From NCBI GenBank assembly GCA_965603825.1, contig CBFDEM010000006.1, positions 62,001-126,000 on the forward strand: a stretch of DNA of 64,000 bases, written 5' to 3'. This document shows positions 51,130-61,489 of this stretch, in pieces. Below the pieces are notes generated by a model. That model was given only the letters and a program-made list of their open reading frames with translations. It had not been told where the DNA came from and did no database searches. The first letter of the stretch is position 1; each line of letters begins with the position of its first letter. Source of the stretch: Blepharisma stoltei ATCC 30299 (Eukaryota > Protista > Ciliophora). A program made the position numbers and the translations under genes.

Positions 51130-52890
51130 AGTATCTTCTGACGTTTGCTTCAAAGTTTTAAAGAGATCTTCTGATGAGGAAATAAAAAACTTCAAGTGGG
51201 ATAAAGTTAGTTATAGTATGCTTTCTGCTACTATTATAATAACGTAAAATAGAGAAGAGCACTATTTATATCTCATGTGCCTGAGTTCTTATCTGCTAAG
51301 TAGCTATTATATAAGTTTCTATGCAAATATTTATTTAGATTCTCTACAGTACCTCGAGTTCTGGGGTTTTATGGAGAACTTGTAATATATTGAATATTAT
51401 ATCTAATGCAAGAAACATTTAACTCTGTGTTGCAGAATTCTACTTTATCAAACCTACGTCAGATTTTACAGACTGATAATGGTGGAGATAGAGCCAAATT
51501 AAAATCCTTTAAAACTTCTTCTGCTGTTTTATTCCCCAAGCAATATGCTCAAATGTACTTTGAGAAATGATCAACTATAGACAATATATAAGGAACTTTT
51601 GAATAGTTTAATAATTCATCGCATAATTTAAATATATCCATTTGAAATCTCTCCATTGGCTTCTTGGATTCAATTTGTATCTTGATTGGATAGTTAGGTC
51701 TTGGACCCACTCAACAGTGCAGATTAAGCTGCTTGCAGTATAATTTCGACAGTCATATGTAATTTTTGGCCAATATATTTTGCTTTGTTTAATGCATAAT
51801 TGCATATCTCTTGAAGTAATATGATTATGCTTGTCTCTAACATGAGCAAGTTCCAATATTTACAAATTCCCCAAATAAATGGAATAACAACTTTTACAGT
51901 AATTCAGATGAGTCTTGATTCTGTCAAATCTAACTTTTCCCCAATTAACAATTCATATTTTTTATGCACTCGGTGTTTAAAGTTTTTTTTTTCCAGAAAC
52001 TCTTTCCACAATCCTGTTTTCAAGGATGCCTGGAGGATAATATCTTTCAGCGTCGCCTCTTTCTTTAGATAATAAAAATATACATGATCTAAGCATTTGC
52101 TAATATTGTGAAGTGCTGGAAATAACTCAAATTCTCTTTCAATTTCTTTTTGCTTGCTTATTATATCTTTTTGAACTGAGAATTTTTTTGTAAACATCTA
52201 TTTCTAAATAATTTTCTTGAGCTAATTTAATTTTTTCGTCTCAGGAATAAACCCTTCTGATATTAGAACATCATAGTGATTATTATGAGAGAATCACACA
52301 TTTAAAATTGAAACTGAAGAAAATAATATAGGGCTGAGGCATTTCATCTTAATAAATTCTAATGGCAATTCCGAATAATTCTGAAGCACAGCATAACTCT
52401 ATACCACTGCCTTAAAAGCTATAGGTTTTAATTTGTTTACATAGTAAATTCGCACATCTCTTCAGTTTTAAGGCCATCTTCGAGAATTTCTTTATACCTT
52501 TCTTCATTCTTTTCAAAATAGTCAGCTACTAAATTGCGTATATCTCTATGAGATTCTTGAAAACCTGTTAAATGGCACGATATAGCTCTAAACATGCAAT
52601 TTCCATCTCCTTTCATTGGAATAATAACTAAATCTTTTCTATTTGGAGATTTAACTGGCATTTTTTCTTCATCTATGTCTTGGGAATTATTGAAACATTT
52701 GATGGAAAAGGTTCATCTTCAAGGTAATCTGAAAATTTATCTTCTGAAGTATCAGAAGGCTTAGCATCAGTATTTGATAATTGATATTCATCATCACTAA
52801 TTCTAAAATCAGTAAATTATAATTAACTCAGGATCTGAAGCGGGGGATGATAATTGCGCCTTTATCGATATTGGCGCAAATATATCCTAA
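51130..52890 (-). mobile_element. Decayed element encoding an OTU-type cysteine protease + HHCC zinc finger + retroviral-type DDE integrase (Ginger/Polinton-like relic)
   Basis: Minus strand, across frameshifts. OTU: GDGNCMFRAIS (~52610-52578), GSGIELCCASELFGIAIRIY, WFSHNNHYDVL (~52270). HHCC: LAHVRDKHNH..IYWPKITYDCRNYTASSLIC. Integrase core: PMERFQMD..YILSIVDHFSKYIWAYCLGNKTAEEV; ILQTDNGG (locally inverted); EFCN..SSP*NPRTRGTVENLN; YNSRKHTITNFIPLEVF. Confidence 0.82.
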
Positions 52891-53454
52891 ATTCACTACC
52901 ATTTTCAAAGCTTGACAAAGGTTAATATACAAATTCACATTTATTCGCCATTTAAAATAAAACTTTTAATATCAAAAGGTAAAAATTTTATTCTGCAACT
53001 CAAGGATGAAGTTATTAGAAACGAGTCAACAGTTAGAAAATAGGAATAAAATTAAGTGAGCTTAATTTTAATTTTTAAGATTAATTTCGATATAGCTATA
53101 CAATCAATGCTTTATTAGTCAAAAGATAGAAGCCTAAAAAATGATTTCTTTGATTTAGACAAGAAGACATCAGTCCCTTAGCTAAAAATATGAAGAGATA
53201 AATATGAAAACGCAAAAACAATTACACATAAAAGAAGCAAATTAAAAAAAAGCCTTTCCTATTATGATAATAATTATATAAAGGGTAAATAAAAAACTTA
53301 AAAGGTAGAGAAAATATTTTTACATCAATTTCAATTATAGGAATTAGGAAATATTAGTTATTAAGATTATAATCTCAATCAAAGCCTTTTTATATTTTTA
53401 TGCTATTTAAGTCTAGTTGCATAACTCTAAATTTAGGCAATTTTCATCTAAAAT

Positions 53455-56382
53455 ATGAAAGTTCGCCTGAGTTATGTTGCCTTATTTTCTCTGAATGTGT
53501 TAGTAGTTTACTCTCTTGATGCTTCAACTGTTGTTTTCGCTATCAAAGCAGGAGGCTCATCTCACATGTCCTCTTTCGGGTTTTCATACTCTGATGATAT
53601 CTATTATCCAGCAGGAACCTATATTTATACTACAACAAGCCACATAGCTCATACAGAAAATGAATTTGTTTACCAATCTGAAAGATGATATATAGGGATT
53701 TGAGGATATGACCTTCCTATTAGCGCTGATGGAACATACGTACTTATTCTTCAATTTGCTGAGATATATTATTCAATTGCCAATGCCAGAGTATGAAATG
53801 TCAAAATTGGAGATTATATTGCTTATAATAATTTAGACGTAGTTGGGACTGTAGGAGCAATGACTGCTTATGATATTTTTATACCTTTTACACTATCAAG
53901 TGGAACCATTTCAATTGCTGGAAATACAATTACTGGAGCTTATTCAGCAGGAAAATTGGTTATTAGATTTTACCCAGTTAAAAATAATCCAACACTCTCA
54001 GGAATAATTTTGGTGAGAGGTGATTGCAGTGTGGCTGATTATTGTAATATGTGCTATCAGCCAAGATGCTTGGAATGCAATACGGCTGATTTAAATTGCA
54101 AAACCTGTATTGATAATGCTAGTTCTGTTTCTGGAGTATGCCAATGTAATGCAAACTCTATTTGGGTTGCCTCTTCAAGAAAATGCGTTATTTGTGACAA
54201 ATTATGCACATCATGTAGTTCAGAAAATGTTTGTGCAAGTTGCTCAACAAATGTGCTGATTTCAAATGTTTGCTTAAGAGCGTGCCCTTATGGATTTGGC
54301 ACATCTTGTGCTTCAGTTTCAACAGCAGTTATTGATCAAAATTTTGCTGATTATTTTTATGGGGATTATGGATTATTTCAAACAGGGACAAGTTCAAGCA
54401 GCTATTATTTTTTTAATACTCCTGAAACAGTAGACCCCATCCCTTCAAAAAACCGAGGGCTTTATTTTTCTGGAGGCTCATATCTTCAAACAACTTCAAT
54501 TGTTTATATTTCACTTAATTTTTCAATTGGAATGTGAGTTTGAATATTATCTGGTTCTAGAGATATCTTGACAAATAGTTCTGGATATAAAATAACTGTA
54601 TCTGCAAGTGGAGTTTTGACAATTATACTAGAGGATAAGGTGCAAGCTATGACCACAGTAACGACAGCTGCACTTAACCCTTCTAATTCAGCGTGAGTTT
54701 ATATTTCTTTTATTGTTTCATTTTCATCATCAACAATTTCTACAACAGTTTCTCCTTATCTAAACAATTCTCCACAAACATCTACAACATCAAGTGGATA
54801 CATATATAGAGACGCTGTCGATAATTATATAATTCTCGGGAAAAGCTCTTTGAGCAATTTTTTGGGATATATTTATCAATTTACTCTATGGAATGTAGCT
54901 GTTTCAAATTTTAATGCCCAATACTCAGACCAAATATGTGGCACAGGGGCAGTTGATAATTGTCTTTGAACTTGTCCTCTATCTCAATGAATGAACGGAG
55001 TAATACCTACAAATTGTAACTCGTGCGGAAATGGTTGTGTCAGAAGTGTATCTTGCAATGTGTGTGATGATCCTCTTTGCAGTGTTTGTACAGGGTTCTT
55101 AGCTGGTTTATGCACACAATGCATTTCTAATGCGTCTGGAACTCCTTGTGCTTGCAATATTGGCTATTATTGAGATTTAAACAGTGATAAATGCATTCCA
55201 TGTGATTATAGCTGTAAAAATTGTACATCATCAACTTCTGGAGACTGCATTGTTTGTGCGCCTGGGTTTTATATGTATTTAGGATGGTGCATTTCTGAGT
55301 GTCCAGATGGATTTGTAGAAATCGGGTCAATGTGTGTTGTAAAAGATCCTTTCATCTTTTACCTATCTTTTGATACTCTGGAAGGAGTTCTTTATGATAA
55401 GCAAAGCAAAATTCCAGCTCTAACTGGAAACAGCACAGCTTTTTACCCAGATTATGATGACTTTGATCCAATAGCTGCTTTATACAGAGGGTTTTATTTT
55501 AACGGAGTGAACTCGCTTATGCATTTACCTATTTATCCAGGCTATAGCAGCCCAGTTCTTAGCTTTGGCTATTCTTTCACTTTTTCTATATGAATAAATA
55601 CTGAGGATGGTTTTGGAACTATTGTCTCAAAGCAAGATTTGCTTTGCAATCCAATTTTCTCACTACAATTAGCAGCTGGAGTTTTAATAGTTGCGTTAAA
55701 CTTTAAGAGTTCTGGAGTGAATTCCTTCTATTATTTGCAAAATCTTAAATCTTACGAATGAAATCATATTGCATTCACAGCAGAACACACAGCTCTGAAG
55801 CAGACAAAAATGGCATTCTATTTAAACGGAATTACAGATCGTCAAAGTGATATAGGATCTGACTATTTTAAAGACACCAAAACAGATATTAGTTTTACAT
55901 TAGGGGCAGAAAAAGATGTATCTGGCTATAAAAATTATTTTAATGGATTTATTTATGATATCAAGGGCTATAATTCAATAAAAAGCATATCATCACTGGC
56001 ATTATCAGCTGCACAGTGCACAGAAGCCTGCAACGCATGCCTTACAAATGGGGCCTGCATTCCTAACTGTTTAATTAATCAATACTGGATTGGCCCAGAG
56101 TATAATAAATGCTCCAAGTGTAGCAGTGAGTGCCATAGTTGTAGAGATTCCAGTAAATTTTGCAATCTTTGTGCTAGCCAAAAGTGTGCATCCTGCTATA
56201 ATTATACAGAAGAGTCCTGCCTTAAATGTATTTCTGGTACTTCAAACACTACAAACTGCTAATGTGACTATGATCTTGCTTGGAACTCAAGCTCAGTAAT
56301 GTGTGAAACTTGCCATCAATGGCAATTTAAAGCAAATGATTCTTGCTATGATTGTCCTCCTCTTTGTGCTCAATGCGATAGT
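53455..56382 (+). pseudogene. Paralog 10, 5' part (malectin + 2 modules); premature TAA at 56260-56262; cut at the inversion junction
   Basis: Single frame, closest to paralog 7. Ends ...CAQCDS at 56382; the continuation lies on the minus strand from 61454. Confidence 0.83.
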
Positions 56383-58635
56383 TTCAAAACCATCCTCAGT
56401 ATTTATTCATATAGAAAAAGTGAAAGAATAGCCAAAGCTAAGAACTGGGCTGCTATAGCCTGGATAAATAGGTAAATGCATAAGTGAGTTCAATCCGTTA
56501 AAATAAAACCCTCTGTATAAAGCAGCTATTGGATCAAAGTCATCATAATCTGGGTAAAAAGCTGTGCTGTTTCCAGTTAGTGCTGGAATTTTGCTTTGCT
56601 TATCTAAAACAGCTCCTTCCAGAGTATCAAAAGATAGATAGAAGATGAAAGGATCATTTTCAACGCACGTTGGCCCACTTTCTATAAATCCATCGGGGCA
56701 CTTAGAAATGCACCATCCTAAATACATATAAAAACCAGATGCGCAAGCAATGCAATCCCCTGGAGATGATGATGTACAAGTTGTGCATGAATAATCGCAT
56801 TGAGCGCAATTTGCGGCTGTTGAATCTCAGTAATAGCCAATATTGCAAGCGCAGGAAATTCCAGGGTTATTAGAAATGCATTTTTTGCATTCTCCAACCA
56901 ATGGATCTAAGTAATAGCCAGCATTGCAAGCGCAAGGGGCTCCAGACGCATTAGTAACGCATTTTATGCATAAGCCTGCTAAAAATCCTGTACAGATACT
57001 ACAAAGAGTATCATCGCAAACATTGCATGATAAATTTCTGACACAACCTTTTGAGCATGAGTTACAATTTGTAGGGTTTCCTCCATTGATTCACTGGTTA
57101 ATTCCGCATTCCCAAAGACAGTTAGCTCTTGCTCCACTGCCACATATTTGGTCTGAGTATTGAGTATTAAAATTTGAAACAGCTACATTTCATAGAGTAA
57201 AGTGATAAATATATCCCAAAAAAGTACCTGATCGTTTTTCCCCAAGAAGTAATACATTATTGCAAGTATCTCTGAATATGTACCCGCTTGACGTTTTAGA
57301 TGCTTGCGGAGAATTGTTAAGGTAAGAGACAATTGTTGTTGAAACTGTTGATGATGAAAATGAAGTAACAAAAGAAAAATAAAGTCAAGTTGAACGTGGA
57401 GGGCTAAGTGATGAAGTTGTTACCCTAATCTTACCTTCGTTTTTATCTTCTAATAAAATTGTCATAGCTCCAATTACAGAAATACTTATTGTATATCCAA
57501 AACTATTTGAGAAGATATCTCCTAAGCTTGTGGATATAAAAATCCACATCCCAATTGAAAAATTAAATGAAATACAAACAGATGAAGTCGTTTCAAGATA
57601 TGAGTATCAAGAAAAATAAAGCCCTCGGTTTTTTACAGGGATGGGGTCGACTATTTCAGGAGTATTGAAAAAGTTGTAGCTGCTTGAACTTGACCCTGTT
57701 TTAAACAATCCATAAGCCCCATAAAAATAATCAGCAAAATTTTGATCAATAACTGGTGTTGAAACTGTAGCACAAGGTGAGCCAAATCCATAAGGGCACC
57801 CTCTTAAGCAAACATTTGAAACTAATACATTAGCACCTACGCAAGTTGCGCAAATAAAATCAACAGAGCATGATGCACACAATTTGTCACAAGTAACGCA
57901 TTTTCTTGAAGACGCCACCCAAATATTGCCTGTTTTACAATCGCATACTCCGGAAGAATTTTTAGTCGCATTATTTATGCAAGTAGTGCATTTCCAAGTA
58001 GCCAAATTACATACTGAGCATTTTGCTTGATAGCACATATTACAATTATCAGCCACACTACAGTCTCCACTGACCAAAATTATGCCAGAAAGTTTTGGCT
58101 TATCAGTAATTACATAAAGTCTAATAACCAGTTTGCCACCTGAATAAGCTCCATTTATTAGATTTCCATTAATTGAAATTGAGTTACTTGATAGTATAAA
58201 AGGTATAAAAATATCGTAAGCAGTCAATCCTCCTACAGTAGCCACTAAATCTAAATGATTTGCAACAAGGTAGTCTCCAACTTGTATAGTAAACACTCTG
58301 CTATTGGCACTTGAAAAAGAGATTTCGGCAAATTGGAGAATAAGAACATATTTCCCATCTGTGCTAATAGGGATATCATATCCTCAAGTTACTGAGTCTG
58401 ATCTTTCAGATAGATAAATATTTTCATCTAATGTATGGGCCACATGTGCGCCTGCGACAGCATTATTACTTAATCCTGATGTATAGTAGACATCACTAGA
58501 GTATGAAAAGCCAAAAGAGGATGTATAAGCTGAACCTCCTGCATTTATAGCTAAAACAACATCTGATGCATCAAGCGAAAAAATGTTGAATAAACTCAGA
58601 GCAACCAAGGCAACATGAAGCAGGCGAACTTTCAT
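56378..58635 (-). pseudogene. Paralog 11, 5' part (malectin + module 1 + half of the last module), inverted
   Basis: ATG at 58635; frame open through TGA to ...WINTEDGFET at the junction; extra Cys-rich unit at ~56830-56920. Confidence 0.83.
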
Positions 58636-59444
58636 TTTATTTATTATAGTTAAACAAATTTAGGATATATGACGTAGCTTAAATAGCACAAACTTATAAT
58701 AATATTTATGGAATTATTAATCTCAGTAATAAATACTCTTTATGCTGATAATCGATTTATATCAACTTTTCTCCTATTTGTACCTATTTTGTAGGAATTT
58801 ATTTATTCTTTATAAACTTATACATAATTGGAAAAATTTTCTTCACACTTCTCCTAGGCTTGGCATATTTTATGCAAAACTTTTTATTACTTCTTTTTGC
58901 TTAATTATTCTTGAATTTCATATTTTCCAATCAAGCATTTAGCCATAGGGATTTGTGTCTTCCTGTCTAATATGTAGAAGTTATATATTTTGATTAACAA
59001 ATCAACACATATAATTTATATACAAGATTATCACTAAAACTCAAATTTTCTAACTGCTTTTGCAATTAAATAGCTTAATCTCTGATGTACAGAGTAAATT
59101 TTTGTATTTTTGCTATTAAAGGTCTTATCTTAAATGGCGAATAAATGCAAATAAAGTTGTATTTTAACTTTGCCAAGCTTTGAAAATGATATGGAATTGT
59201 AAATTCTATTATACATTCATTCAATAAGAAAGAAGGAGATGAATTACCCTTAGAAATATTTTAGCCGGTCACTAAGAGAGTATTTTATTATAAGATTTTA
59301 GTAATATAAATTAGTTAAGAAACAAAAAGGAATAATAAATATTCTGATAGTTCATATGCTCGTCAAATTTATTGAAGTTAGATTTAATATACAAGTATTG
59401 ATTAATACAATTAGAATCCTATACTAGTATAATTTTTATTACTT

Positions 59445-59660
59445 TTCCTACATGTTGGTTTGCAAAGTGCTTCCAAATGCATTGTTCATGCATTTATATT
59501 AATTCTTTTCTCGATTTAGGTATCTTTCCTTCTGCATAGATTTCTTTGTTCATGTTTCTTTTAGCAATATGATAAACTTAATTGAGGAAAATAAAAGGCC
59601 AAACTGTTTGAACTATCATAAGAGAAACAATAAAATTTATAATTAAATTGTCAATAATAT
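59445..59660 (-). pseudogene. Old degraded orphan 3' end of a family gene
   Basis: Reverse complement gives IIDNLIINFIVSLMIVQTV..VYHIAKRNMNKEIYAEGKIP, with indels. Confidence 0.72.
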
Positions 59661-59772
59661 AATAAGAAAATTAGCCTTGCTCATCACTAATGGTATTAAG
59701 TAATTATGAATTAATAAAAGAAGGAATTCTATGTAAAACATAATTATTTTATTATAAATGCTAACATATGTC

Positions 59773-61454
59773 TTATTTAGCTTCAATTCTAATGCCATTT
59801 TTAAAGTTTTTTCTGCAATTTATTTTGCTAGGCTCTTCCGAAGCTACTGTAAAAGCGTTGATAATTCCCCTTTTCTCATTAGGTATCTTTTCTTCTGGAT
59901 AAATTTCTTTATTCATGCTTCTTTTAGCAACATAATAAATTTCTCTTATGGAATTTACCACAGGCCCTATCGTCTGCACTGCCATCAGAGACATAACAAA
60001 ATACATAATTAAATTGTCCGTAAAATTAATCCAGGTTCTACCTAGATCAAACAAATATAGACTAAGGAGCGGAAAAATAATAAAATTCACAAACTCAGTA
60101 ATTAAATTTGTTACCTGAATAACACAGTTATCAAAAGGCCGATAAATAATTAAAAATAAAACAATCTAAGTAAAGCATACACATAATGATGAAGCTGCAT
60201 TTATTGTAAGTTGGCTTCGAGGAAAGCCATTTAAAAAAACTTGAGTAATAATAAAAACTGAGCGCCTCGCAAAATATAGTGTATAATATTGTGTGCTCAT
60301 AAATCCTTTATTATTCTTGAACTCGTAATATAATGAACTTCAATTAGCAAATCATTTCCTTTATGTCTTCTATTTATAATTTTTCTTAAGATTTTTGAAA
60401 GCTAAAATATGCATGAAGGAAAGGAGTAATTGCTATAAGTATCTAAATTATCATTACAATGAATAATCAGCAAAGAGCATAGTTAGTGAGTCTAAGTGGA
60501 TTTTCTAATGCTTCACTATATTCTGTACTCAAAATTCCAATTATAGATGCAAAACCAATTTCAAGATAGCATACAATCCAAAACCGTAAAAAAGTTCCAA
60601 ATTTATACTCCCTGAGTGTGTTTTTTAATTTCTTTCCAACGAATCTATGAGAGCATTTAGAAAAGGAATAAACAATAGGGAGCACAAATATAAAACTACA
60701 TAAAACAGTTATATCATTTCCAACATTTACAAGTATCAATGAGCTATCGTATCCATATTTTCTCGCCTGATAATAAGGAATATTACCTTTATCTTCTTCT
60801 ATAAATAATAAAAATAAATTTGGAACTAAATTGAAATCGCTCATTGACTTTAAAAACGCAGAAATTTTGTCTGTAATAGGTAAGCTTGCATAAGGTATGT
60901 AGGAAATAAATTGAATAGTATTCAGCATTGTTCATAGTGCTGAAGGGTTTGGATTGAGCATTGCTAAAGCTACACTTGATCCAGCTAAAGCTTTTACCCC
61001 AGAAGAAACTTGATTTTGAATTTGAGCCACTTCTTGCTCTTCTGAAGTCATTACAGATTCATATAAAGAGCCTGATAAATACTCTTCATGAATTACACCT
61101 CCAGAGATAGATGTAATACTAGTCGAATTTATAAAATTTACTGTAATAGTAGTGCCCTCTGAAATCTTTCCATCAAAATTGCATGATATTAAAAACTCTT
61201 TGCTTGAAATTTGAGAAATTGATCATGAAGGTATTGTATTATTATGGATTTTTATCAAAATTTGTTCATTTCTCAAACCCTCTTTTAAGATGTCGCTGAA
61301 GCTCAAAATCAAGGTATTATTTTTGCTAACAGCAAGGCTGACATTAAAGGGGATGATTGTGCATGCAATTGTTCCTGCATATCCAGGAGAGCAAATACAA
61401 TTTCCAGAGTTCAGTACTGCATTGCTAATGCATCATGTGCATTTATATTCACTA
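59773..61454 (-). pseudogene. Paralog 10, 3' part (TM domain), inverted; introns 60443-60457 and 60166-60180
   Basis: Begins (T)AGT GAA TAT AAA TGC, the expected continuation of 56382 (compare 37213-37230). Clustered +4 nt of insertions at 60355-60400. Confidence 0.83.
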
Positions 61455-61489
61455 GATTATGGGTAAGCTTTTAGAGTGCCCTTATTTGA

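Noticed and set aside
56260-56262. TAA/TAG aligned with Gln (56260, 25529, 63844), suggesting a Condylostoma-like ambiguous code
   Set aside because: Only three cases, all in otherwise damaged copies and each explained by one C-to-T change. Intact genes use CAA/CAG over many kb with no in-frame TAR.
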